Positions 10,198 to 20,172 of a stretch of DNA of 64,000 nt are shown here, in pieces. Origin of the DNA: Bdellovibrio sp. (GTDB taxonomy: Bacteria > Bdellovibrionota > Bdellovibrionia > Bdellovibrionales > Bdellovibrionaceae); contig JAKFCY010000002.1 of NCBI GenBank assembly GCA_036676395.1, positions 2,560,001-2,624,000 of the forward strand. The letters are read 5' to 3'. Numbering within the stretch: the stretch's first letter is position 1; each line of letters begins with the position of its first letter. The translations under genes were made by a program, and so were the position numbers. Under the pieces are notes generated by a model. It had not been told where the DNA came from, made no database searches, and worked only from the letters and a program-made list of their open reading frames with translations.

Positions 10198-10320
10198 CCG
10201 ACCAAAGTTGGTTATATTGTCGACAATAGGTTTTTTGTTCGCAAAAAGCGGAGTCTCGAAACAGGACGTTGGTACTAGGTTAAATTTTATTTAATAGTAA
10301 TTGTGTTTGATCTGGACCTT

Positions 10321-13300
10321 TTACTGGCAAATCGGAGCCGCAGGGTCTTTACTGCAAAGATAGGCTTTAATCGCCGCATTTTCTTGTTCTAGGCTTTGAA
10401 TTTTACGATCTTTAACAGCGTTCTCTACTTTAAGATTTTTTATTTCAACTTCGACACCGATCAACTTATGATAAATTTCTTTGATGGCATTTACTGCCGT
10501 CCAAATAATCGAGTCATTAGTGACATGAAAAAAACCTTCAGAATCCTGCGTCACCGCTTCAGGAATAACCTTCAACACATCCTGAGCTTTGATACCCACA
10601 AACTCTTTGCTGGATGGAAGACCAAGAGGATTATCTTGTTTGTAATTAAAATAAACTGTGTTCAAACCATTTAAAGCAGCGATACCACGAGTAAATGGAG
10701 CGCGAATATTTTTAAGACGTTCATCGGAAGCAATTGTCCAAGTGCTTGTTCCAGGTTTTGCCGCAGAATCTGTCGACAATTGTAACTGGTAAGTTGGCGC
10801 AGATACACCGATACCAACATTATTTCCATGAACCACCATTGCCGGAGTCGATACGCCACCACCGTTTGGCGCAAAAGAAATTCTATCCGGCGAAGATTCG
10901 GTATAAAAAATACCAAAATTAGGATCGGCTGTGCTAAAGCGCCAGATAGCGCGTGTGCCGCCGTATAGACCTCCGTAGATATCACCATTAACTTGTACGT
11001 TGCCGCTAACGTGCAATTTTTGTAATGGGGTGCTGGTGCCAATACCAACATCACCATCGTTTTCAAAAGTCATCACTTGGCCTGCACCATAATAAAAATC
11101 TAAAAATGCATCAGCTCCCAGATCACGCGCGTCGATTTTCCATGGACCACCTGTGTGACCATAAGGGTGAATAACCATACGAGTTATGGAGCCGGAAGTT
11201 CCGGCTGCAGCTTCTTGTTTACCAATACCAACATACCCCGAACTGTCGACTCGCATTCTCTCGATAGCACCGGTTGAAAATCTAATTCCACCCGCACTTG
11301 CCGATATATTAATACCGCTGACAATACCGCTATTAGAAAAAAGCGCTAACTGATTTAGCGCTGTCGTACTCGACACGCCACCAAGTAATATGCCCGCAGA
11401 ATTCGAGCCATAAGCTGAGCCGATGTTTGTCATGACAAAACCAGCTCGGGATAAAGTGCCCGAATTATTATTTGTCACATTCACAAAAGTATCTGCATTT
11501 GAATTTTGTTCGATTGATAAAATTGAAGTTGGATTTGATGTGCCGATACCGACATTACCCGTATTTGTAATGCGCATTCTTTCTGGCACGTTACCTGGAG
11601 CTACTGTCGTTTGATTGGTGCCGAATGAAATACCACCCTCATTACCGCTGCCATTAAACTGCAAGTAACCCATCCACGTAGCATCGATTTTTTGCTGAAT
11701 GCGAGACCCCGCAGAAAACCAATTTGTACCCGAAGCTGTTCTAATCTGACGAATATCTAAAAGACCGACATTTCCATTATAAGAATTAAATCTTTGCAGC
11801 TCAACGGTGTCATTTATATTCTGACCTAAATCGCTGCCTTTAACCTCAAATTTTGCAGTTGGCGCAGATGTTCCGATGCCGACATTGCCAGTGCTTGTTA
11901 TACGAAGGCCTTCTGTCAAGGCCGGCGAAAGGGCTTGTCTATACATAAGAGAAAGATATCCCGCCACATCAGATGTTGTGGCATTTTCTTTAGAGCCGCG
12001 AACCGCGCCAAACACCACTGGTGCTGTTCCGGAAGATATGTACCCTCCGAAACCTAGGCCACCACCGACACCAGTCGCGGCACCGGCATTATCTACAACA
12101 AATGAGTTTACCGGATAACTTGCACTATAAAGCGGACCAAGAACATCCAGTCGTGTTACCGGAGCGCTTGTTCCAATTCCAACGTTGCCCCCGTGAGGTT
12201 GTAAAACAAGTTCTGAATCACTGGCGAAAGTTGCAAATGCTGGATCTCGATGACCCGATTGAATCCACGAAGTGCGAGTGTTTGAAAGCTCACTTACACC
12301 GAAATATAAAGCATTACTTCCAGCACCGAAATCCGCTGCCACACGAAAGCCAGATTTATTTATAAAGTTATTTGCATCTGAATTTGTCGCATTCGGAGTT
12401 GACCCAGGATAGTTTACATCTAAACGTGAAATTGCAGCGGTCGTTGCAATACCCAAATTTCCATTGGTATCAACGCGCATTCTTTCGGTGTTACTTGTAC
12501 CGAATAAAATCGGCTGACCTTGAATTGTACCGATAGAAAAACCACCGGCCACATCACTTATAATTGTATTACCATCAGCAAATAATCCATTGCCTGAAGC
12601 TTCTTGCACACGCAGAACTGCGTTATTTAAATCATATGAACCAAAACCCGTTCCTAAAGTTGTACTTTCAAAAACATGTAATTGCGCTGTTGGAATCTGC
12701 CCGATACCTAAGGCACCACTTGCTGTCATACGCATGCGTTCGCCATTGTTTGAATAAAACGATAGCTGTCCGTTCGTAGGACCTGCTGTGCCTGTTGAAA
12801 ATAATCCTGTATCGCCATCTGCACCGAACGCGTAACCCACTGTCGAGTTATCTCCGTTATCCGGAATTCCTTGATTAGCTCTAAAACCAGTACCTTTAAT
12901 AATCGCAGAACCACTGATGATACCACCGACATTCAATGCACCAGCAATACCTGCGCCGCCATTTACAATTAAAGCACCTGTTGAAGAATTTGTTGAAGTC
13001 ACAGTTGATGATACAACAACTGAATTTCCTGCTGCCGGCCACAACGTGATTCCAGAAGTTGATGACACTGTATTTGTGTTTGTTAATACTCCGCCAGTGG
13101 TTGCTGTTGCAATCGTGCGGCGAATGCCAGAATTATCAGTCACGTAATAGTCAGTGCCATCATATTCGATCGTTCCTGACTGCGGCGAAGTTAATAAAGT
13201 ACCTAGCGCTAATCTAATCGGTGCGACTGATGAAGTTCCCGGAGTGATGTGAAGTCTTGCTGTTGGCGCTGTTGCCCCACCGATGTAAACACGGCCTGTC

Positions 13301-16300
13301 GATGTCACTTGAAATACTCCGGTCGCGCCAAGATCAAGGCCTGGTCCTATACCCCAACCAGTAGTGCCATTAATCTGACCGGCGAAAACACTGCCTAGAG
13401 TATTTTTATACTCGATCAAACTATTCTGATTATTCGCGCGTTCAAGCGTAAGAATATTTGCTACGTTATCGACAATATGCAAACGCGTCGCCGGTGCTGA
13501 AGTTCCTATACCGACGTTACCGGCTTTAACAGTAAAGTAATCAAAAACACCCGTAGAGTTCTGCACGCGAAACTCATTTGTGGCGGGTCGAAGCAGCAAT
13601 ACCCCAGAGCCATTATTTGAAAAACTACCCGCGCCTGAGATCGTTAGATTTTCATCGGCTCGAATAGTTCCGCTCACATGCAGCGTTGAAGTAGGGCTGC
13701 TTGTACCAATACCCATGCGGCCTTGGCCATTTAACACCATACCAATGCTATCAACTACGCCGGTGTTTGAAGCTGAATAACGAATTGCGAAAGCATCATC
13801 AGACTGATTATTTCTAAGATCGACCACAAATGATCCATTCGATGGCCCTTGAATATAAGCACCATTTGAAGTTGAAAATCCTGGGTTTAAACTTCCGTAA
13901 ATCATGTTACCCATTTCAATATTAGCGGCTGAACTCACTGATGTGGCCAAACGAAACGTACCAATAACATCAAGGGCAACTGTGGGAGCTGTGGTACCGA
14001 TACCCACATTACCCGCTTCGGTAACGGCCATAAGTGTTGTTGCACTTGCACGGTCACTGCCGTTAGTCATGACTCTGAATTGACGAATTGTATCGTTGTT
14101 ATCAGTATCGATGGCGACATCCACACTGCCAACACTTGAAAGGCGCATACCACCACTGCCATCACCTAAGTTACCCGCAAAATTAATTTGGCCAGTGTTG
14201 CCACCGCTGATCGAGCCGCCAACATTAATATCACCGGCAATACCGGCACCACCTTTGACAATTAAAGCTCCTGTGCTAGTGCTTGTCGAAGGTGTTGTGC
14301 TTGAAACAATGACTGAACCCACAGGAACCATCGAAATGTTTCCTGTCGAATTAATTATTGAAGCATTATCAATTGAGCCAGAACTTGAACCCGTTGCAAT
14401 CGCGCGGCGATTATTTGATGCGTCTGTTAAATAAAAATTTGCCCCATCGTATTCCATCGCTCCAGTTTGCGCAGACGCGGTTAATGTTGAGGCTGTAAAT
14501 CTTAAAGCCGCAGTGACTGATGTTCCTGATGTTAAATGTAATTTCGCTGTAGGAACTGCAATGCCAATACCGACGTTGCCTGCACTGGTTATTCGCATTT
14601 TTTCGGTGGCGCTTGTCCCGAAAATTAAATTACTAGATATGTTGGTAGTTAATACTGAATCTCCTACTGCCGTACCTGGCAGAAAATGGCCAGCAGCCAG
14701 CGCCGCACCGAAGGTCGAATTTAAATTAGATCCGCTATACAATCGAAATGCTGGTGCATTCGTTCCCGTCCCCTGAATCTTCACTCCATTACCCGGTGAA
14801 GTTGAGACTATATGTAAATTAGAGTCTGGGGCACTCGTTCCAATTCCAATGTTGCCACTAGGAGCCACAGTTAAAGCACGCACCGGGGTCATGTTAGTTC
14901 CCCAATTTGCTGTGATCAGACTCATTCCGGTATCGTTTGACTCAAGACCAAACGACGGCGCGAACGCCGATGTCAACGTCGGCGTTCCGACAACTGAACC
15001 TGAACCTAAAGTACCACTTAATAATATATATTGATCATTGGTCGAAAAATTACCAATACTTTGAATATTGATCGAACGGTTCTGCAAAGTCGAATAACCA
15101 AAACTTGCTAAAGTATTGACCGCATCATTTACCACTGAATAACCAACATGTAATTTTGAATTCGGCGAAGTTGTGCCGATGCCGACATTGCCATTGTTGT
15201 AGTAAATTGTGCTTGCGCTGCTGACCCATTGCGAACTTGTAATCGCTGCAAAACTTGCTGCTGTAGTTACAGATAAACTTGATACCGTCGAAGAAAGCGT
15301 TGTTACACTGACAACATTTGCCGGTGTGTAACCCAGTGTTGCAACAACAGCCGCGCTTGTTGCTGATTGTTTATTTGAAAAATTTAAATAGTCATTATAA
15401 GAAATTAATCCTGCAGTTGTTGTTGCGGCAGAAGCCATCGGAAAATTAAAAGTGTGAACAGTTCCAGTTGAAGAAACATTTGGCGCGACGCCAGAAACTC
15501 CCAGGGCAAAAGTTTGTGATCCAGAGACTAAGCCATTAATTGATAAAATACCTGCACCAGAAACTCCGAACGTTACCCAGGTTGTTCCGTTACAGTATTC
15601 GACAACGCCAGAATTATATCTTAAAGTTCCTGCAAAAGTTGCAGAACAAGAATTTGCTTCAGTGCCTATTTTAATTCCGCCAGCAACATCTAATGTCGTC
15701 ACCGGAAAACTTGTACCGATACCGACAGATCCAGAAGCAGTAATACGCATTCTTTCGTAAGAACCTGTTCCAAATACTAAGTGATTATTTTTATAAGTAC
15801 CAATCGCTAAGTCACGAGCTGATGCTCCAGAACTACCATTAGTTAAAATCATCGAAGTCGTGCTGCGCGGTAAACCAAAAATAGTTCCTGTGTTTGAAAC
15901 TCCAGGTTGCGAAAAAGCAATATAATTTGTTTGCGTATCGAAAATCGTAAAACGGGCATCCGCAGTTGCACTGGTGCTGTGATTTTTTACTTCTATGCCA
16001 GAAATAGCATTCACATCACTAGCCACCAATAAAGCAGGGGTAAATTCTGGCGCGCCATAATTGCCAATTTCGACGGGACCGGTTTGATATGAAATTGCAG
16101 TGCCGCTTGCAATCCATTGTGAACTGGTGATCGTGGCAAAACTTGCAGTTACTGAGTTTTGTAAACTTGTGACCGTACTTGAAACCGAAAACACTGTTGA
16201 TGAAACTGAACTTAATGTCGAAGTCACATCGGCGCCATCTGCCGGAGTATAGCCCAAGGCTGCAATCACCGAACTCGAAGTCACACTGACATCGGGATTA

Positions 16301-16914
16301 CCAACCGCCACACAAGAAAATCCTGCGCCGTTAAATCGTACGGCTTCACTGGCTGTACATGTTGGCAAACTTGCCACTTGGACAAAATCAGTTATATCTT
16401 TGCCACTAAATTTTAAAGAGTCGTTGGCATACATCGCGTAGGGAACAGCGTTGATTGTCATGGCCGGTAATGTTTGCCAACCGTTACCATCATGAAACTG
16501 CATCACAACTCGGCGTGTGTCGGTTGCTAACGGAGAGTAAGTGCCCGGGCCACCCGCATCACAAGGCAGTGATGCCGTTGTGTTACTGAACACCTGTTCA
16601 AAAGTGCTACCACTGACTGGAAACGTTCGTACTCCACTGCCTAGTGAAAATGAAACTAAGCCGGCACTTGAACCCATATTCACATTCGAATAAGTTTCAG
16701 CATATAAAATACAACTTCCTACCGGATCTAAAATCGTGAATTTAAAATTAACGGTTGAAGCTTCAAGAGGATAACCATCTGGTTTAATAATTTTTGCCTG
16801 ATAAGTGGTGCGCGAAGGCCCCGCAAATGCGAACGCCATGTTTAGCAGAGTAAACACAAAAAATAGAAAAAAATTGTGATTCAGAATTTTATTCTGCCGA
16901 CCTGTACGTTCCAC
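10321..16914 (-). CDS. Phage tail fibre-like trimeric adhesin (Bdellovibrio MAT-type) with C-terminal peptidase S74 chaperone domain
   Basis: Signal peptide ending AFA. Many ERMRI..GNVGIGTxxP repeats. C-terminal SDERLKNI...GIKAQDVLKVIPEAV followed by a coiled coil is the S74 autochaperone signature. Confidence 0.9.
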   Translation of the reverse strand: MERTGRQNKILNHNFFLFFVFTLLNMAFAFAGPSRTTYQAKIIKPDGYPLEASTVNFKFTILDPVGSCILYAETYSNVNMGSSAGLVSFSLGSGVRTFPVSGSTFEQVFSNTTASLPCDAGGPGTYSPLATDTRRVVMQFHDGNGWQTLPAMTINAVPYAMYANDSLKFSGKDITDFVQVASLPTCTASEAVRFNGAGFSCVAVGNPDVSVTSSSVIAALGYTPADGADVTSTLSSVSSTVFSVSSTVTSLQNSVTASFATITSSQWIASGTAISYQTGPVEIGNYGAPEFTPALLVASDVNAISGIEVKNHSTSATADARFTIFDTQTNYIAFSQPGVSNTGTIFGLPRSTTSMILTNGSSGASARDLAIGTYKNNHLVFGTGSYERMRITASGSVGIGTSFPVTTLDVAGGIKIGTEANSCSATFAGTLRYNSGVVEYCNGTTWVTFGVSGAGILSINGLVSGSQTFALGVSGVAPNVSSTGTVHTFNFPMASAATTTAGLISYNDYLNFSNKQSATSAAVVATLGYTPANVVSVTTLSSTVSSLSVTTAASFAAITSSQWVSSASTIYYNNGNVGIGTTSPNSKLHVGYSVVNDAVNTLASFGYSTLQNRSINIQSIGNFSTNDQYILLSGTLGSGSVVGTPTLTSAFAPSFGLESNDTGMSLITANWGTNMTPVRALTVAPSGNIGIGTSAPDSNLHIVSTSPGNGVKIQGTGTNAPAFRLYSGSNLNSTFGAALAAGHFLPGTAVGDSVLTTNISSNLIFGTSATEKMRITSAGNVGIGIAVPTAKLHLTSGTSVTAALRFTASTLTASAQTGAMEYDGANFYLTDASNNRRAIATGSSSGSIDNASIINSTGNISMVPVGSVIVSSTTPSTSTSTGALIVKGGAGIAGDINVGGSISGGNTGQINFAGNLGDGSGGMRLSSVGSVDVAIDTDNNDTIRQFRVMTNGSDRASATTLMAVTEAGNVGIGTTAPTVALDVIGTFRLATSVSSAANIEMGNMIYGSLNPGFSTSNGAYIQGPSNGSFVVDLRNNQSDDAFAIRYSASNTGVVDSIGMVLNGQGRMGIGTSSPTSTLHVSGTIRADENLTISGAGSFSNNGSGVLLLRPATNEFRVQNSTGVFDYFTVKAGNVGIGTSAPATRLHIVDNVANILTLERANNQNSLIEYKNTLGSVFAGQINGTTGWGIGPGLDLGATGVFQVTSTGRVYIGGATAPTARLHITPGTSSVAPIRLALGTLLTSPQSGTIEYDGTDYYVTDNSGIRRTIATATTGGVLTNTNTVSSTSGITLWPAAGNSVVVSSTVTSTNSSTGALIVNGGAGIAGALNVGGIISGSAIIKGTGFRANQGIPDNGDNSTVGYAFGADGDTGLFSTGTAGPTNGQLSFYSNNGERMRMTASGALGIGQIPTAQLHVFESTTLGTGFGSYDLNNAVLRVQEASGNGLFADGNTIISDVAGGFSIGTIQGQPILFGTSNTERMRVDTNGNLGIATTAAISRLDVNYPGSTPNATNSDANNFINKSGFRVAADFGAGSNALYFGVSELSNTRTSWIQSGHRDPAFATFASDSELVLQPHGGNVGIGTSAPVTRLDVLGPLYSASYPVNSFVVDNAGAATGVGGGLGFGGYISSGTAPVVFGAVRGSKENATTSDVAGYLSLMYRQALSPALTEGLRITSTGNVGIGTSAPTAKFEVKGSDLGQNINDTVELQRFNSYNGNVGLLDIRQIRTASGTNWFSAGSRIQQKIDATWMGYLQFNGSGNEGGISFGTNQTTVAPGNVPERMRITNTGNVGIGTSNPTSILSIEQNSNADTFVNVTNNNSGTLSRAGFVMTNIGSAYGSNSAGILLGGVSSTTALNQLALFSNSGIVSGINISASAGGIRFSTGAIERMRVDSSGYVGIGKQEAAAGTSGSITRMVIHPYGHTGGPWKIDARDLGADAFLDFYYGAGQVMTFENDGDVGIGTSTPLQKLHVSGNVQVNGDIYGGLYGGTRAIWRFSTADPNFGIFYTESSPDRISFAPNGGGVSTPAMVVHGNNVGIGVSAPTYQLQLSTDSAAKPGTSTWTIASDERLKNIRAPFTRGIAALNGLNTVYFNYKQDNPLGLPSSKEFVGIKAQDVLKVIPEAVTQDSEGFFHVTNDSIIWTAVNAIKEIYHKLIGVEVEIKNLKVENAVKDRKIQSLEQENAAIKAYLCSKDPAAPICQ

Positions 16915-17079
16915 AGCTAACTTGTCGGAATATTTGACGAATTTATGAAGTTTTGTCGCCGATAAATTTCAATCAATTTCACGCCGCTAAATGCGACATG
17001 AGATCGTTTTTAAAAGACTTGTTGTATCAAGACGAAACAACAAGTGTGAATGACTGGACTTTCGTAAAGTAAATGACAG

Positions 17080-17865
17080 CTAAATCGCTTCTAACTCGCC
17101 CGCTTCGATTGAGGCTGCAAGTTTAGCACGTAAGCGTAACACCGCTTGTGCATGCAGCTGAGAAACACGCGATTCAGTCACGCGTAGCACTTGTCCGATC
17201 TCTTTTAAGTTCAGATCTTCGAAGTAATAAAGTGATAACACTAAACGCTGGCGCTCTGGCAGATCTTCGATTGCTTTAGCTACAACATCTTTGACCACTT
17301 TTACATTTAACTGATTAAATGGATTATGTGATTTAGCACCTTCTAATAAATTCACGATAGATTTTTTATCTGAATCACTGAATGAAGGTTGATCATCAAT
17401 AGATAATAAACTGACCGGGCGAACCTGATTAATTAAATCATGAAACTCTTCGATCGGCATATTTAGACGCGCAGAAATTTCTTCGTCCGTCGGAGAACGG
17501 CCTAATTCAGATTCTAAAGCAGTGATTGTACGATCTAAAGCTTTTGATTTATCACGCACAGAACGCGGAATCCAGTCTTGTGAACGCAATTCATCTAAGA
17601 TCGCACCACGAATACGGAATTCAGCATAAGTTTTAAATTTATTATCACGGGTTGGATCCCATTTATCGATAGCATCCATTAAGCCAATCGCACCAGCTGA
17701 AATTAAATCATCGATGTCGATGTTCGGCGGTAAACGTACTGCAATTTTTTGCGCCACAAAGCGAATAAGCGGCGCATACTCTTTGATAAGCTCTTCTTTT
17801 TGCTCGCGCTTAATTTTTTTAGGCTCATCTTTAGAGTACTTTTTCAGTAGATTAGCTTTAGACAT
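17080..17865 (-). CDS. fliA: RNA polymerase sigma factor FliA (sigma28)
   Basis: DDLISAGAIGL, FKTYAEFRIRGAILDELRSQDW, LKEIGQVLRVTESRVSQLH; last gene of the flagellar operon. Confidence 0.97.
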   Translation of the reverse strand: MSKANLLKKYSKDEPKKIKREQKEELIKEYAPLIRFVAQKIAVRLPPNIDIDDLISAGAIGLMDAIDKWDPTRDNKFKTYAEFRIRGAILDELRSQDWIPRSVRDKSKALDRTITALESELGRSPTDEEISARLNMPIEEFHDLINQVRPVSLLSIDDQPSFSDSDKKSIVNLLEGAKSHNPFNQLNVKVVKDVVAKAIEDLPERQRLVLSLYYFEDLNLKEIGQVLRVTESRVSQLHAQAVLRLRAKLAASIEAGELEAI

Positions 17866-17946
17866 TCAATTTTACCCCTCGTGCGTATCATCTATAGTTT
17901 ACCGAAACTTTGTTCAGTTCCGATAGTCCAATAATTATTTTATCGA

Positions 17947-18792
17947 TTAAGCATGACCTGTGGCTGGTCTGAAAATAGCTGCCAACCCACTGGTCTTTTG
18001 GCTTGCCGGTTCACCCGCGTGACCTGTATTCACTGAAAACGAGTCGCGAGCCCCGCCCTGAGCAGCTTCGGCTAATATTTCGACAGCAATTTGTCTGAAA
18101 ATATTTGCAGTTTCTGAAGGCGCATTTTGTCTCATAATAGTACGTTGTTGCTGTTGGTACTTCTGCAAATTCTCATCAAACGGAAGACTGCCAAGCAAAC
18201 TAAGACGTACAGATAAAAATCTTTCAACCACTTCAGCAAACTTAATGAACAGCTGTTCACCGCGCATACCTTTCATTTGGTTACAAACGATTTTGAAATT
18301 TTGTAATTTATATTTCTGATGTAAAACTTTAATCATCGCGTAGGCATCAGCAAAGCTTGATGGATCTTGCGTAAGAACGATAATGCATTCATCAGCTACG
18401 GCATTTAAATGCAACACGTGTTCATAAATTCCGGATGCGGTATCGATAATCGCATAGTCATATGAAAATTGCATATCTTGCACTTGATTGATTAATTCAC
18501 GACGCTGAAAAGCATTGAGGTGAGTTAATTCAACCAACCCACTGCCACCGGCTATTAAATCAATATTTTTAAATAATGGTGTAATACATTCTTTGATCGA
18601 CTTACCTTTTAGCACATCGCCTAAGTGCTGCTGCGGGCGCACGCCAAAGTGAATATCCACGTTAGCTAAACCCATATCACCGTCGATCATTAGAACTCTT
18701 TTATTTTGTTCTGCGATGGCGATACCTAAATTACAAGACAAAGTGGTTTTACCGACTCCGCCTTTTCCCGAACTGATAGCAATTATTCTCAT
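17947..18792 (-). CDS. flhG: MinD/ParA-family flagellar number regulator FlhG (FleN)
   Basis: Deviant Walker A SGKGGVGKT, DGDMGLAN; lies between flhF and fliA. Confidence 0.92.
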   Translation of the reverse strand: MRIIAISSGKGGVGKTTLSCNLGIAIAEQNKRVLMIDGDMGLANVDIHFGVRPQQHLGDVLKGKSIKECITPLFKNIDLIAGGSGLVELTHLNAFQRRELINQVQDMQFSYDYAIIDTASGIYEHVLHLNAVADECIIVLTQDPSSFADAYAMIKVLHQKYKLQNFKIVCNQMKGMRGEQLFIKFAEVVERFLSVRLSLLGSLPFDENLQKYQQQQRTIMRQNAPSETANIFRQIAVEILAEAAQGGARDSFSVNTGHAGEPASQKTSGLAAIFRPATGHA

Positions 18793-20171
18793 AAGTTCAT
18801 TCCTGTTTCTGCTTTTGAACCGGTGATGTTTAAAATTAAATCTAAAACGCGCTCAGCAGTGGCACGTTCAAAGTCTTCCGGTGTTCTAGAGCCAATTCCG
18901 AAGGCGAATATCGGAGCTCTGGTTTTTTGTATAAAGTTATAGATATTTCCATGCATTGAAGCTTCATCAAGAGATGTAAAAATCACATCTGAAATTTCTA
19001 AAGCCTGATAACGTCTGTGCACTTCTAATAAATCTGCATCTTTTGACATTGCCGATAATACCAAGTGCGTGCGCACCGGCTCTGATGTTGGCGGCATCAT
19101 TTTTTGGATATAACGAATTTCGTCAGCTGCTTTTAAATTTAAAGAAGCAAAATCGACAAGCACATGATCCACTTGATTCAAATAAGGGATAACTTTGAAC
19201 CAATCAGCCTCAGACCGAATCGAAATAAAAGGTAAATTTAAAATTTGAGCAAAAATTTTCATTTGTTCATCAGCACCGATTTTAATGGTGTCTGTTGAAA
19301 TTAAAGCCACGCGCTTTTTATGATTTAAAACTAAATCACTGGCATACTTAATCATTGTCGAAGTTTTGCCAGAACCAGACGGCCCCATGAATAAATGAAA
19401 CTGTTCAAAGTTTTCTTGCGCTACCGGAACTGATTTTAAAATATATCTGGCAATGTAGGCCTCAATGACGGCTTTTTGATTTTGTTTATCAGGCGTAATC
19501 TGAGTTTGCGCCTGAATTAAAATTTCAGCTGCCACTTCAGGTAATAATCCTTTACGCGTTAGCATTGAATAGTATGAACTTAAATTATAATTCACGCCTT
19601 GCTCAGCGCCTGGGTGAGCCTGTACAAAGCCTTGTGGCATTTGTTTAAACTGACCAAGTAAGTTTTTTAACTGATCAATTTCAGATTTCAATTGATCGAC
19701 TTCTAAATTATTAAAAGACGATTGCGCTTGCTGAGTTAGTTTCGGTGTCGGATTATATTTCGACGGCTGCGCAGCAACCGGAGCCTGGGCGACAGTGTCT
19801 TCACGGTCAATGTCAACGTACCGGCGCTGAGTCATCGTCGTAGGAATCATTGGCTTTTTGCGGGTTTCTTCACGCTGCATTTGTTGCAATCTTTGTTCAA
19901 TTGATTTTTGCATTGTCTCTTTTTGTAGACGAGCAGATGCCGTTTTAAACGCTTCACGTGTCTGCGTTGGCATTTTTGATTCGACATATTTTCTATGCTG
20001 TAAAACATTTTCAGAATAAGCTGCGGTGATCTCAATGCTTTTTTCACCACCTAAGCCAAATCCTTTTGTCACTTCTTTAGCTGACAAGATAACTGCATCA
20101 GGGCCTAACTGAGTTTTTACTAACTCTAAGGCTTCTTTCATTGATCTAGCTTCGAATTTCTTGATCTGCAT
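18789..20171 (-). CDS. flhF: SRP-type GTPase FlhF
   Basis: N-terminal MQIKKFEARSMKEALELVKTQLGPDAVILS; GPSGSGKTS P-loop; follows flhA. Confidence 0.93.
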   Translation of the reverse strand: MQIKKFEARSMKEALELVKTQLGPDAVILSAKEVTKGFGLGGEKSIEITAAYSENVLQHRKYVESKMPTQTREAFKTASARLQKETMQKSIEQRLQQMQREETRKKPMIPTTMTQRRYVDIDREDTVAQAPVAAQPSKYNPTPKLTQQAQSSFNNLEVDQLKSEIDQLKNLLGQFKQMPQGFVQAHPGAEQGVNYNLSSYYSMLTRKGLLPEVAAEILIQAQTQITPDKQNQKAVIEAYIARYILKSVPVAQENFEQFHLFMGPSGSGKTSTMIKYASDLVLNHKKRVALISTDTIKIGADEQMKIFAQILNLPFISIRSEADWFKVIPYLNQVDHVLVDFASLNLKAADEIRYIQKMMPPTSEPVRTHLVLSAMSKDADLLEVHRRYQALEISDVIFTSLDEASMHGNIYNFIQKTRAPIFAFGIGSRTPEDFERATAERVLDLILNITGSKAETGMNL

Positions 20172-20172
20172 A

